NCBI GenBank assembly: GCA_951406725.2
Contig: OX597817.1
Location: 116,808,001-116,872,000 of the forward strand
DNA length: 64,000 bases
From: Octopus vulgaris
Lineage: Eukaryota
Reading direction: 5' to 3'
Below, piece after piece: positions 12,533 through 27,804 of this stretch. Positions within the stretch are counted from its first letter, which is position 1. Each line of letters opens with the position of its first letter. The notes beneath the pieces were generated by a model that saw only the letters and a list, made by a program, of their open reading frames with translations, searched no databases and was not told the DNA's origin. Both the position numbers and the translations under genes were made by a program.

Positions 12533-13565
12533 TCTTAGACCTATTTGTGAAAACTAGTTTAGCTTCTTCAAGGCAAGAAAGAAATATGTTCTGATTGTCC
12601 CGCCCTTTAAACCTGTTTTACAAGCACGTAATCCAACTACAAAAGCATACTATAGTTTGTCTCAAGATTAGGAAGGCAACTCTAGTTGAGCTCACCGATT
12701 TCGGACCAACCATTATCATTTCAAATATTTCAAAGGATTAACGTTCATATTGGAAGTAAAGGTAGTTTACTGTACTTGACAATAGCTCTACTAAATGAAC
12801 CAACATTGTTAACTTATTCTCCTCAAATTTCTGTTGCATTCGAAAGCAGATGATGTTGATTATGCTTCAGAATAAACGCGTAAACCAGGAGTAAATTGTA
12901 TTATTTATGTTAGATATCAAGTTTTAATACTTGTTAGATGCTAGATTATTTGACTTACAACAGTAATGATGTTGGGAATCACGTGATCTGTGCAAAATTA
13001 ACATCGTTATTATTGCTAAAGGTAAGTGTAGCTTTGTGTTTAATGCACATTAAATATCCCATAATCTACTGTCAGATTTGTTTGTCATGTTGGTTTCTCT
13101 GTATACATGTATGTGTAATTGTGTTCTGTGTGTAATTGTATACGGGAAAATAAGTGTCATATGTTGCTGTGAGGTTGTCAAATTACCAATGTGAAAATAT
13201 TTACTTTATTTTCGATTGAGGAAAATAATATTCATGTTATTAAAAAAGGGTATTTGTTTTGGCATATAATTAGGTTGTAAACATTATTATGTAGATTACG
13301 TATCATAGCCAGGTTTCGTTTTGAAACATGATATTAGCGAAATACACGTGATGAGAATCAGAGTATATAATAATATATTTAGATTAGGGATTTTAAGAGA
13401 CAGACATTGCTTATTATTAAGGGTATTTCATTTGCTCTTGAGAGTTTTTCTGACAGATCAATTATATCAGTGTCCAATATGAGATGAAAATATGGCATTT
13501 CAATTTAACGTGTACGCAAGTTTTTATGGCAGCTAATTTGTACTCATTTCCATAGTTCATCTTAC

Positions 13566-13643
13566 GTTTTTTTCCTCTTTCCCCTAAACGTTCTCCTTCA
13601 AGACTAAGTCAGCGAGAATGCCTCTGAGCTGTTGATTGAATTC
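13566..13643 (-). other. Candidate 78-nt exon (a stop in every frame; 5' UTR, non-coding or decayed)
   Basis: Acceptor gctgttttttctag and donor gtaaga. Confidence 0.35.
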
Positions 13644-14899
13644 CTAGAAAAAACAGCCGAATGTTCATCAAATCATGTACTGGAGTCCTTTTAATAGAGT
13701 AATATTTCCTAATACATTGAATTCGAGTAGAAGACGGATTGGCCAAGGTTAATAAACCTTTGACTCTATATATCTGCTTGAGAAGGGTTGAACGTGGAGT
13801 AAATAAAGGCAGCAAGAACCTCTAGACGAGAAGACTAATGAATAATACTAATGAATGTTCCTCGAAATTCTAAAATACCAGAGACACTTTAAAAAGCATG
13901 CAATGTGTGTGCAAAAAAATTGGCTAGTACTGCATGAATACCTTTCATCATAAATTTGCTGGAACAGTAATGACATACGCTTAAACAAGAACATCAGCTA
14001 CACTTCATGTCAAAATCTTTGTCAATTATATAGCGATCATTTCAGAAATATTACAAATAAGCAATAAAATATGTTTACTTTAACCATTTATTTTTCTCAA
14101 TATTTTATATAGGAATCAGGAAAACAACAAAACGTTAGTATCCTGTTCCTCAAACGATACGTCCGAAGATTAATTTCGAAGTACAGATTAATGCACCTAA
14201 ATGTTTTCATACATCTGATCAACGATCATCAAAACATTAAGATTTCTATTAGATATAAATCATGAATCAGATTGATGTTTATTTCACTAAGTCAACTGTA
14301 GTGAAATACATCTATGAGCCAAAATAAATAAATAGATAAATAAATAAAACCTATTTCAGCTCTCATTATCTTACGTAGTGTTTAGATGCTGTGTTATATA
14401 GGACTACATTGTTTGATGTGTTTTAGACGTTATGGTGCGATTTGAAACAGTTTTAATTGTTATTACAATCAGGTCAAACGATACCATAGAAGCCCCTTTG
14501 TTGGCTCATTTCTGTAAATGTTAGTAATTGTGTCTCAGTGAGAAATCTATATATTTATATTAGAATAATACTATATATATTGGAATTATCTTAATGTCCT
14601 TCGGGAATTTATGAAAGAAGTAGTGTATAACGAGTTGTATTTTAGTTGTCTGTTTATTTTTACAACCATTGTCGTATGCCTTGGTATGAATTCATCGGAC
14701 AGAATTCATTGGACAGAATTAGTTTAACATTCTTTACATTATGAGATTAAAATACTTCTGAAGTTGAGAGAGTAAAGGAGTTGACTTGTACTGGGGTCGA
14801 TAATTAAAACAAAAATGTGTACTATGATTGATGTAATGGTCTGCTACAGTCTTTCAAATTTATGACCTCAAGCGTATGTTAGAAATCAATATTTTAATA

Positions 14900-16720
14900 A
14901 TTATTATTAAAACTTGGAATAGGGGTAACCAACTGTACATAGAGACTAGTTTGTGAATTGAATCTCTGTTCTGTTATCAGATGCTGGATAGCTTCTGATA
15001 ACAGAATTTCAAGCTCAGCATACGAAAGATGACCTGTCTCACTATTTCCTTCTATATTAATATCTGAGCTATTGTTGCCGAAGTACAGCATATGGTGGAT
15101 TTGTTATACTTTGACATCTTTAGTAGAACTTTCTCTGGATGTTTTATAACGGTAGTATATTTTCCAGGATATGCAGCATCCCGGCTTGTACTTTGTATTT
15201 ATACTTGGTATTTTTTATTACTGTACGATCGAAAAATTCTCTCTAAGTTCCCTTTGATATGTACTTAAATTTTACACATGTTCTCGTGAAGTATATTTGG
15301 TTGTTTCAAGCGGCATCACAAGCGTTTTCCCTCATGTTTCAGTCCTGTACTTTCAGGAAATGATAGAAAATGTTCTTATTCCATTCTAATATAGCAAGTC
15401 TTGTTAGGTATTGCTCATGGAATGGTTTAATTTGTAAATGACTTAGTAACATTTTGTAATGGAGTTTTCAATTTCATTACCCTGGTTTTATATGTATTCA
15501 CTTTTCCCACTATTCCATTAACCAGTTCTTTCACACGCCTTAAAATATTTGCTTCCCTCTGAATAAGAAAACCCTTTTTCTTCAGATTTTACACTTACTT
15601 GTATATTTCTTAGTATCACCAAAATTTAATGATGTGATATAACAATTTTTTAAGTTACTACACAACAATTCCAACTAGTTAGGTTCCTGGCGAAGATAAG
15701 ATTTTCGTGTCAACGTATGCGTGTGTATGTAGCGTATTCTAAATGGTGCCATTGTTTCCTTTTTCCTATTTAGTCTTGGCAATTCATTTATATTATATTT
15801 GTAATTTCTCTAGAGGTTGATATCTAATTTCTCATTTTCGGAATTTAATTCAATTTTAAGTATTACTCCAAAGTTTCTTTAATATTTCTTTCTAAATTTG
15901 GTTACATTTCTGAGTGTTTAATCTCGTTGATTGTTAAGTATTTGCAATTCTATCTCTGGTCAATTTCTTTTATATCTATTTCATTGTCTAATATATTTCT
16001 GCTTCCTTTTATTAGTTTATCTCTATTGAAGCAATCTAAAGTGTAGCAATATATTCGGTCTATTTTACTAGACCGAATTTCATGCCAATTTCCCTACTGA
16101 ATCTATGCACCGTATATAACAGAATTTCCATTTTTGCTATCTGCGCGCTGTTTTTGAAGCCGCCCTAACCAAATTTAAGTTCTTTTTTACACACCACATA
16201 CCCAGAGTCGTCTGCTTCTAATGAAGTATATTTTACTAGTCTCTCTTTTGTTTGCACCTGTAAACTTGTCATTAATGTATACATAAATAGTATATGCTGT
16301 GCACCTGTTTTATATTTTCAGATATCAGAGTTAGCATTTTGTATTTAATACATATGATGCTGAATTCAATCTTTGTTTTGAGTGATGCTTGGTTTTTGAA
16401 AAATTCGGTTAGTATTTCTCCAGTTGACAGTATTGGTACTTGTAATAAAATATACTAAAATCTTTGCCTATTTCCCAGGTTTCTATTAGCTATTTTAGTC
16501 ATAACTTCCAATGAAGATTGTAGCACGTATTTTTTAATTGTATATATTTTTGAATTGTAGCATTAACTCTATGTTTGTTTGTCGCATCTTTTTCGTGAAA
16601 GATGCTGTAGAACATCGGGTTAAATGTATACATGTATTAAAATTTTCTACTTTCTGCGAATCACATCTGCCTGGATTGATTTAACCATACATACTTCCTA
16701 AGCTGATTAAAAATGTTGTA
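14900..16720 (-). mobile_element. Heavily decayed Dong/R4-type non-LTR retrotransposon
   Basis: MEILLYTVHRFSREIGMKFGL at 16131-16070 matches the R4/Dong RT motif DIGM.FGL; downstream KYL...IKHSEM parallels the copy at 52755; many stops. Confidence 0.6.
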
Positions 16721-16881
16721 TTTTGCAGGTTGAAAATATTGGGTTTGGGATGTGCTACATATATATGTAATCTCATAAACTAACGGGCATACACAAACAC
16801 CTGCTTATACAAACATACATATATAAATATATAATATATATACGTGTTTGTGTGTGTATACATATGTATATTTTTATGGGT

Positions 16882-17248
16882 GGAGGCGCAATGGCCCAGT
16901 GGTTAGGGCAGTGGACTCGCGGTTTCGATTCCCAGACCGGGCGTTGTGAGTGTTTATTGAGCGAAAACACCTAAAGCTCCACGAGGCTCCGGCAGGGATG
17001 GTGGTGATCCCTGCTGTACTCTTTCACCACAACTTTCTCTCACTCTTACTTCCTGTAGCTGTCGTACCTGTATTTCAAGGGGCCGGCCTTGTCACTCCCT
17101 GTGTCACGCTTAATATCCCCGAGAACTACGTTAAGGGTGCACGTGTCTGTGGAGTGCTCAGCCACTTACACGTTAATTTCACGAGCAGGCTGTTCCGTTG
17201 ATCGGATCAACCGGAACCCTCGTCGTCGTAACCGACGGAGTGCTTCCA
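16882..17248 (+). mobile_element. tRNA-derived SINE family B, tail type 1
   Basis: Head ggaggcgcaatggcccagtggttag...gtttcgattccc (A/B boxes); near-identical to 58453-58836. Confidence 0.9.
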
Positions 17249-18238
17249 TTCCCATCCATATTTTTATGGATATGTAAATGTATAAATATAATATCTAGCA
17301 ATCTATCTTTCTATTTATTTATCAGTCTATAATATAATATATATCCTTCGCAAGACTCAATGAACAGCTTGTTAACAACAAACAATATCATTATGTGATT
17401 TATCTAAATGTCATACTAATATGTTAATGTATGCGTCCACATCCAAAACTGTTCCTTGAATGATCGCATATGGGGCGAAAGCGTAATTAGCAACGAAGTC
17501 AAACGTGATACCAATATTGAATGTTCAGTCTCAGGGTTTTAAATCGAAAGATATTTATGTATGTTTAGGCGTATTAGATCGATGTTTGATTTGGTGGTCT
17601 ACTTAGCTTTTGACTAAATAACAAAAGATTAATTATAGATTCTGAGAGATGGTATATCCGAGATTGTAATCCCTAGTAAAACATTATATTATATCAAATA
17701 ACAAATATAATCGTATTGGTGCTAGAGAATCTCCATATTGCCATAGAATGCGTGTTTTAAACACAAATGTGTGCTTCTACTTTCAAATTCAATTTTGTTT
17801 TAATAGCAGTCCTGTTAGTAATGTGTTATGCTAGACGTAAATTCAATTTTAACTTTACGCCAGTTCCTAATTTAATAATTATAACAATAATGTTACCCAA
17901 GTAAATGAAAACACTACAGCTGAATAGTCAATTTCGATGAATCAACGGAATGTAAAACAAAATATTATCGACGAATGTTTAAACCACTATATATGAATGA
18001 TACACGCACACACACACACACAAACACACACATACAACAAACACACACACAAACGCACACACACACACACAAACCACAAGTACTCAACACACTCACACAT
18101 ACGCGAACACACATATGCGTATGTACTTATATTATACATACTTACACACAAATACATACACATATATATATATATGCATATTCATACTTGTATGTGTATA
18201 TAGATACATATATGTGTATATATATGCATACATATATG

Positions 18239-18280
<42 letters not shown>

Positions 18281-18663
18281 CACACAGCCGCAAATCTTCA
18301 TTATAATTTACAAACTTTTACATTTGTTCATCATTATATATTCAGTAAGATTTCACGAGTACTTACAAGGACTATACCATATAAATTGTATCATGGTGAA
18401 ACAGGAATCACTTGATAATCATTTCGTACATTGATAGAAAGCCACACCATATAATATCGATGTATAAACAACTAAATCTGTCTTGTACCATCCCTCGCAC
18501 GAAGATAGTCAACGTCTAACGGCCAAGACTGTGCCCTGAGTAATTAAAGAGGCAAAACAAACTACATAACTGTAGCATAAGAGCGTTGATTTCATTTAAA
18601 TACGCACACACACACATACAGAAAGTTTGGGCTGCTGGCGATAAAGCTGGGTAATTGTCTTAC

Positions 18664-18837
18664 AGATGATGGCAAGTGAGCCAGAGAAGCACGTGACTTC
18701 GACTCTTGTCCGATAATCAGACGACTCGTCCTTTTCCTCAGAAGTCCGGTCAAATTTGAAAAGAATTGATTTCAAAGATTATCTCCTGTTCTGAGTGGGG
18801 CTAGTGTCATTCGCATTTGATATTTATAACAGATCAT
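18664..18837 (-). other. Candidate 174-nt upstream exon (stops in all frames)
   Basis: Acceptor attatctccgcctatag, donor gtaaga; unique and more GC-rich than its flanks. Confidence 0.3.
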
Positions 18838-19746
18838 CTATAGGCGGAGATAATGTTTTTTAAAAAAATCATGAATTTTACTTAATATATCTTTATTTAT
18901 ACTTAATATAACTTTATTTGTCTCATCTGCTGAAGAGTTTGCCGCGTGCATTCGATTCTGTTCTACGAACTTTTCATCATTTTCTGTCGAATTGTGTCCT
19001 CATAGACGCGTGACATATCATTATATTTTTAGTTTTACTTGGTGTTGATTCAACATCAACAGGATGTATTAAAATCTAATATTACAGAGTTAGATAATTC
19101 TCAAAGGCATATGTTTGCTATTGGGATTCACAAACTTATGCACTCTTGTGCTATTAGCATTCCATAGATTAAAAGTTCGTTGAGTATTCTTAAGTATACT
19201 ACTGCTTTGAGGAACCTCTCGAGAGTAATGTATGAGTCGATATATCACCTCCTCTTCACAAATTCCGTAGTACTGTATATTGAAGAAGTGATTTGTCGGA
19301 AGTTAACCTATGAGTTGCCTATATGTCTACTTTCCTTGAATGACGTCATGCAAAGAAACTCAACAAATATACTAGTGTTCTTTCTTTGATTTAGCGAAGA
19401 ACAAAAATATCAAGTAACTGTGATGAAAAGATGTTTTTTTTATGTACGAGCACATAAAGTGTGATACGCTGAAATTATATCAACATCATCTCTATATCTC
19501 CATCAATTGGGGAGCCAGTCCATGTGGGTCTTAAAAATTTAACAGCTAAAGCACTTACACAGAATACAAAAACATCCTTTCAAAGTATTTGAAAAATTCT
19601 GTTTTAAAAGATCGTTCAACAAAACGATTTTTTTTGTTTGAAGAAAATTTTTCTTAAAATTTACGTGTGTGTATACATATATGTACATGTACTTACATAC
19701 AAACTTATCATATATATATATATATATATATACATACATACGCACA

Positions 19747-19830
<84 letters not shown>

Positions 19831-20468
19831 GCACATACATATATATGTATATATGTACGAACGTATCTGAATATGAGCACACATGAGTACAAATTTCGCA
19901 CCAGAAACTCACTATGAAAAACATTCCACTGTTCCAATCCCGTTCAGCAGTCTATTCTCCACGGGCTTTCGGCGTCAATTCGCCTCCTTCGGTATGATAA
20001 ATGTAGTGTCGATTACTTCATAGGAACTTTTCTACTATGCAGAAAAAAATTCAACCGAGCATTTGCTCATCTGTCATGACTCTCACCACAATGGAAATCA
20101 TTTCGTATTTCCTCTCAAAGCAGAGTGAATTAAATTATTGAGCTATAATATATTTTAAATACATTTCTTCACCCCAACAACATGAAAATTATTTGCAGTA
20201 GAATTGGTTCAGGGAGTACAAATTTGTCTCTACTCATCTTTCATGCAAGAATATACCACACCATAAATTGATGTTATCAGATTATCAGAAAGAGCGTTTC
20301 GGTGTGAATTTCTCTCCTTAATGATTAAAACACCCTAGGGAAATTCTTTTTCCCTAGAAATATCAGACAAAAAACATTTCCTATACAGGGACACATACCA
20401 TATGGTCGTGCTAGTGAACTATCTTAAGGGATTTATATCTTAGGTGAATGCGTAATGTGTCATATTAC

Positions 20469-20848
20469 ACTTTTACTCTTTTACTTATTTCAGTCATTTG
20501 AATGAGGCCATGCTGGAGCACCACCTTTAATCGAGCAAATCGACCCCAGGGCTTATTCTTTGTAAGCCTAGTACTTATTCTATCGGTCCCTTTTGCCGAA
20601 CCTCTAAGTTACTGGACGTAATCACACCAGCACATATATATATATATAAACACACATATATATATACATATACATTTTACATATATACGACGGGCTTCTT
20701 TCAGTTCCGTCTACTAAATCCATTCACAAGGCTTTGGTCGGCCCGAGGCTATAGTAGAAGACACTTGCCCAAGGTGCCACACAGTAGGACTGAGCCTGGA
20801 ACCATGTGGTTGGTAATCAAGCTATTTACCACACTGTCACTCCTGCTT
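20469..20848 (-). mobile_element. tRNA/CORE-like SINE family A with internal TA-rich linker
   Basis: Reverse complement of the head at 23155 (ggcaccttgggcaagtgtcttctactatagcctcgggccgaccaaagcc), plus a tail at 20469-20632. Confidence 0.85.
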
Positions 20849-21206
20849 GATCTTTTGAAAATACTTTGATGTAAAGAGTTGCAACTAGCAGGTGATATAT
20901 TTATTGACAAATGTGCATTCACATTTATGCAATTGGACCAGTTGCGATATTTCGGTTTGATAAAGTCTTTTATGAACACTTTAAGAACTATATGCAAGGC
21001 ATTACGTACACACTTAAAACACACTCATATACATATTATATTATGTTATTCGAAGTATCTGGTTAGATATGCATATAGATACATATGCACAGGTGTTTAT
21101 GTGTGCGTCCCAGTGTGCATGCATATACACATATACATACACACATGTATAAATAATATATAAATATACAGATATATGCATATATGCATACACACATATA
21201 TATACC

Positions 21207-21238
<32 letters not shown>

Positions 21239-21673
21239 CATGCACACACATTCACGCAACAAGATGCTTCACAAACAAGCATATAATAAGCATCGATTGA
21301 CATCATAGCTTTTTATTTCAATGCAACTACGTAACAGTCATCGTCGCTATGATTGGAAAGACCATGATTTATAGCATGAGTAATTTTCTAGCTTAAATAA
21401 ATTCAACATTATATGCAGGCAACTTATTCATTTTTAGATTTTAAATTTAATACATTATCGAGAAACCTGTTCGTACAATTCATAAGAACATTTTCAATAT
21501 TTCATTCCAAGTCATTTCCAGACAATTCATTCGGAACTGGAATTGAAGGTGGATTCGTAACCTCGCACTTGTTCAGATTGAGCTAACGTTTAATAAGGAA
21601 ACAGAAATGTTGAGTAAAATTCTATGTAAATTATGTCACGATTGGGAGCATTCATCTCGGATTTTCAATATGT

Positions 21674-21721
<48 letters not shown>

Positions 21722-21870
21722 GCAAGGAAATTAGATTATATTCATTCTAACTAGTATATTGTACAAGCTAGAAGTTGCCAGATGATAAAAGCTGTTCTGA
21801 ATCATTTCAAATGCAGACTGAATGTGTGTGCACCTATATATGTATGAACCTACGTATGTAAGTATATATG

Positions 21871-21912
<42 letters not shown>

Positions 21913-22094
21913 GATTTATCTATCTATACACATACACAGACACAAACACACACTCACACAAAATCACACACACACATATATATATGTTAGACAACCTATC
22001 AATCGATCGATCGATCACTCAAGCGATCAATCAACTTGTATATATATTGGGTGTCAGACAAATACATTCGTTCTTTCCCTTTAATTTTAGTCTT

Positions 22095-22455
22095 TGGAGC
22101 ATTTTGTGCAAGAATTTTCTACTCTAGTTCTAGGCCGACCAAAGACTTGTGAATGGATTTGATAGACTGAAAGTGAAAGAAATGCAATATATGCGCGGAA
22201 AAACATAGAAGCATACGTCCATACATATATACATACATACATATATACATATATACATATATACATACACATATATATATATGCATGTGCGTGCGTGTAT
22301 ATATATATATATACATACATGCATACATACATACATACATACATATACTTATGCGTGTGTGTGCTTGTATGTTATGCTTGTTCGCCACGACCACTTGGCA
22401 ACCAGTGATGGTTTGTTTACATCCCTGTGACTTAGCTGTTCTTGGCAAATATCTC
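22095..22455 (+). mobile_element. Decayed SINE family A copy
   Basis: ggccgaccaaagacttgtgaatggatttg head remnant, microsatellite linker, and gtttacatccctgtgacttagctgttc tail. Confidence 0.65.
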
Positions 22456-22535
22456 ACTATGTTGTGCGTTCTAACGCACATCCACATTTAAGCGATGAAT
22501 ATTTTCGTTCGGTATTAATATATATATAAATATAA

Positions 22536-22873
<338 letters not shown>

Positions 22874-22971
22874 CACACATATATATATATAGATATATTA
22901 TATGCTTGTTATATGCTTGTTTGTGAAGCATCTTGTTGCGTGAATGTGTGTGTATGCACACACACACACAT

Positions 22972-23080
<109 letters not shown>

Positions 23081-23089
23081 TATATAAAT

Positions 23090-23154
<65 letters not shown>

Positions 23155-23156
<2 letters not shown>

Positions 23157-23624
23157 CGCAGGTGTGGCTGTGTGGTAAGAAACTTGCTTTGCAACTACAT
23201 GGTTCCGGGCTCCCTTCCACTGTAAAGCACCTTGGGCAAGGGTCTTCTACCATAGCCTCGGGCTGACCAAAGCCTTGTGAATGGATTTGGTAGACGGAAT
23301 CTGAAAGAAGCCTCTCGTACATATATATATATCACCATGATCACCGTGACCGACCAGGCTATCAGATGTTGTAACACATCGCTGGTCACAATGCACTTCG
23401 CATTGTTTTAGCCTTCAAATGACGCCACCCCGCTGGCTAAGCGAGCAGGCCAACAGAAGAAAGAGTGAGAGAAAGTTGTGGTGACAGCAGGGATCGCCAC
23501 CCTCCCTGCCGGAGACTCGTGAGGCTTTAGAGGTTTTCGCTCAATAAACACTCACAACGCCCGGTCTGGGAATCGAAACCGCGATCATACGACCGCGAGT
23601 CCGCTGTCCTAACCACTAGGCCAT

Positions 23625-23681
<57 letters not shown>

Positions 23682-23850
23682 GTATGTATATGTATGTATA
23701 TATTTATGCCACTGTTTGTCCCTCCACAATTGCCTGAAACCAAACCTGGTGTGTTTACGTCCCGGTAAGATAGCGCTTCGGCAAAAGTAACGGATAGAAT
23801 AAGTACCAGGCTTACAAAGAATAAGTCCGGGAGTTGATTTCTTCGACTAT
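23155..23850 (+). mobile_element. SINE family A (head 23155-23320, tail 23708-23850) interrupted by a nested SINE
   Basis: Head ggcgcaggtgtggctgtgtggtaag; tail ctggtgtgtttacgtccc...gatagaataagtaccaggcttacaaagaataag. Confidence 0.85.
23332..23625 (-). mobile_element. SINE family B, tail type 2, nested in the family A linker
   Basis: Reverse complement of 35694-36000. Confidence 0.9.
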
Positions 23851-23940
23851 TTGCAAATGCACGGACACAGACACTGACACACTCACGCAGACACATCTAC
23901 ACATATACAAACACCCACTCATATTTATTTACTCATCTAT

Positions 23941-25204
23941 CAAGTCATCCCATAAGTTCTGTCCGAATTTTGAATAAAGTAAAGAAGTGATCAAATGTTA
24001 TATTTAATTGGAATTTAGTCATCAATTTATTTTCTCTGGTTATCTATGACATCCTTCCATCTATTTACCAGCTTTTTAATCCCATCAATGTAAAACTCTT
24101 TTGGTTTCAAAGCGAAGAGCTCTGAAATGTCAGTTTTGACCTCCTCCTGGATTGCGAAAGTTATGTCCCACAAATGATTCTGTAAACTACGAAACAAATG
24201 GTAGTCTGAAGGAGCAAGGCCGGGAGAATAAGGTGAATGAGAAATTTTTTCACAACGAAGCTCTTCGATCTTCTGTGATGCGATCTTTTCAGTGTGGGTT
24301 CGCGCATTGTCCTAATGAAACATCACACCTTTTCGATTCACTAAAGCGGGTCTTTTTTTCTTGAAAGCTTGGTTCAAACACTCTAATTGCTGATAGACTT
24401 GAGCATTGATTGCTGCATTAGGTGGTAACAATTCAAAGTGAATTAATCCTTTGCAATCCCACCAGATAGAAAGAAGAACCTTTTTCCCATGAAGTTCCCT
24501 TCTCGGTTGTGGTTGAGCTTTTTTCCTTTTACTAAGCTACTGTTTACGACGTTTAGCATTTCGTTAGAAGATCCACTTTTAGCCACCAGTCACAAGTCTA
24601 TTCAAAGAGGGTGAAATGAATTCGCGAAAATGAAGAGAAGAGCACAGGATTTGCGGTTGCTTTCGAACAATTCATGAGGCGCACATTTTCCAAGTTTAGG
24701 AACCTTTCCAAGTTGTTGAAGATGACAATGAACAGTTGTATGGTTTGAGCTAAGCTTTATTGCAAATTCTTCAACTGATAATGCAGGATTTTCTTCAAGT
24801 AATACTTCAGGGAGCTTATCATCAAACTTAACTGGACGTCCTGTTCGATCTTCATCTTCAAGGCTGAAATCTCCACTTCTGAATTTTGCAAGCCATCTTC
24901 TGCAAGTTCTTTCATTCAAGCATTCTTTCCCATAAACTAAGTGTATGATTCGAGTCGCTTCGCTTTCCTTTTTTGTACTCATAAAGCATTATGTACCTCA
25001 AATGCTCTTTGGGTACTTCCATGTTAGAAAGGGTTTTAATCAAAGACATTTTAATTCTGTTATTCTGTAAAATAATATTTAATTAGTTAAACGTACACAA
25101 ATGCCTAAAAATAATTTAAACTTCCATTAGACATTCTAAAATACTATTAAATTTCATTCACTTTTAAAAAAGGGAAAATCGGGCAGAACTTATGGGATGC
25201 CAGT
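23941..25204 (-). mobile_element. Near full-length mariner (DD34D-type) transposon, transposase pseudogene
   Basis: TIRs catcccataagttctgtccga / tcgggcagaacttatgggatg; ORF 24982-24602 has the mariner HTH region (VYGKECLNERTCRRWLAKFRSGDFSLEDEDRTGRP...GKVPKLGKCAPHEL); catalytic part frameshifted. Confidence 0.92.
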
Positions 25205-25599
25205 ATATTTGATTATTAATTGATACAGTTATGAAAGATATTCAGGGTTCTGTGCATCTTTTGCAAGAATACAATAAATGTTGAATTTCATCAGATTATT
25301 TATGCTTTAATGAATACTTGTAGTATACAGAACTTCAGAGCGAGCACCTTTAGTAAAAGCCAAATACATTGTATTCTCACACTGAAGGTAGTCAGCCACG
25401 TGTTAAGCATACTGTAAGCAGGATTTAAGCTGAAGTGGTACATAGAAGCTCACAGTCCTGAATGTACATTTTCCCTTCTTGTGGCATTTGATAAATTCAA
25501 TCCTCTATTTTCAACGATATCAAGTGATCTAACTCTTTTGTCGTCACACGTCTTTTGTCAACACCTATGTGTATGTATGTATGTATGTATGTATGTATG

Positions 25600-25630
<31 letters not shown>

Positions 25631-25651
25631 ATGTATAAGTGTATATATATG

Positions 25652-25736
<85 letters not shown>

Positions 25737-25741
<5 letters not shown>

Positions 25742-25955
25742 TAATCCAAACAAGAAAGGACAAAAAAACACAACCCGAGGACATGGAACAAATATAGTAT
25801 TAATGGACGCTCAGGAAAGAATGAAAGAAGAAGGGTTTAACGTTTCGAGCGGAGCTCTTCGTCGGAAACATAGGAGAAGGAAAGATCTAGAGAAGGGAAG
25901 ATAGAGGAAAAAAATCGCCAACGCTACACACGCGGTCACATTTTGAATGACCGGG
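25737..25955 (-). mobile_element. HHR-bearing short retro-element (family P1)
   Basis: Homologous (reverse complement) to 56765-56960; the 3' end ggattaact joins (TA)n in both copies. Confidence 0.8.
25835..25869 (-). ncRNA. Minimal hammerhead motif, U4C variant
   Basis: gttt-CCGACGA-a-gagc(tcc)gctc-GAAA-cg-TT-aaac; stems I and II pair; stem III is the palindrome aacgtt. Confidence 0.6.
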
Positions 25956-26455
25956 AGGAATATATATATGTATATCGCCTATGTGTATTTGAGCGCTGTG
26001 TGTGTGTGTGTCAGTGGTGTATAAACACATGCATAAATATATACATATAAACATATTGTCTTTGTTTTTGGGACACAGACATTTTAAAACTCTAGGTATG
26101 CATGTTGCATCATCAACTACAAAAAGACACTTCAAACGAATGTATAGTTGTTATAGATAGTCTAATTAAAACTTGATGCATAGTAAACATTTGAATCATC
26201 AAGAAAACAAATTCTCTTATTTTCCAGTAACATATTTCAACAAACACCTTCGAATCTGCAAAATTTGCGCAAAACAATATTTGAAATAGACTTAGAGAAA
26301 TGTAACACAAACTGAACGTTTGAACACCAAAATAGTTGGTAATCTGACACAGCCTTGTGCCTTCAAGCGTTGCACTATACCTACATAGATATACACATTA
26401 CATGTATATACACACACATATATACATACATTTTATATATAAACCTATAAGTATA

Positions 26456-26510
<55 letters not shown>

Positions 26511-27713
26511 ACATACATATATATGCACATACATATATATATATATGAATGCGTGTGCTTCTGCGAGTGCGTTTGTGCGTGTGCGTGTACATGTGGATAT
26601 GTAGATGTATTAGTGCTTAGTGGTTGATATGTTATCATGAGAAAAGCAAAATGACATGCTTGCCAAATATCTCTTCATGAAGTATATCATCTTTTGTTGT
26701 TTTCATATTTCCATTCTGCCAACGCAATTCTCAAATCCCGTTAGACTGACCAGCTTACGACATAACATATTCCAACAACGGACCTATCTTGCACCCAGTA
26801 TTTGATGTATGTTAACTGAGGAGATTTTGTCATATCATATTTTCATACTATTGGTTTGCCCGTTTGTATTTATAGCAACCTTACGTTGTAATGTTCACAG
26901 GCTGCCTACTTTAAATGTAAATGTAATACATAAAATTATTCATTGTAGATGGCTACGTCAAAAACATTCCTGAATAACAATTGAAGTTTTTAGGGCCCTT
27001 CACGCTTCATCTGTATTGTCGACTTTCTATGCATAACCAGCATTTTTATGTTTCGGTTTTTTGTTCAGGTCACATTGTTTTATATATGAAGGAAACTATA
27101 GGCACGTCTTATTTGCTTTATATATGAAGATTGATTGAATAGTTCCCATCCCATTGGCCAGGATAATTTGCGAATATTACAATCTTACAAAATGTATTGA
27201 GTCAATCCCACTTCTGAAGGGTATTATATGTTTAGTAGCTGAACGACGATGCAGAGGCTCCCTCATTAACTCAAACTATGCATATAAGAACCGATAAGTT
27301 TTTAGGTCTTGTTAAATTAATCTTTTTAAAAGGATTTTTGTTAATTTGTTTCAAGTCTCAAATACATATCAACCTTCAAGTTTCAGTGATAATTATTTGA
27401 ATTACATATTGATTTATATATTTAATTATCTGAGATAACGATGCTTACATTGCTGATTCTTAACATGAACCCCACATCTTAAAATTGACGTAGTTTAGGC
27501 TTTGACACTAGCTATATCAGGGAGATATGCAAACTGCATAACTTCAGATGGCTTCTTCTCAACTATTCTGTGCTTACATTTTAACTTAAAAAATTTACTA
27601 CCTGTGCTGAAATATCTAGTAGCAAACCTGAGATACGCTTAATGAGAAGAGTATGAAATTATGAGGTAACAGCTACATCAATAGATAACAACAACAACAA
27701 CAACATCAACAAC

Positions 27714-27792
<79 letters not shown>

Positions 27793-27804
27793 TAATAACA
27801 TATA

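Noticed and set aside
14894-15091. Protein-like 65-aa ORF as a host exon
   Set aside because: No convincing splice sites, and it lies at the 3' end of the decayed Dong/R4 element on the same strand.
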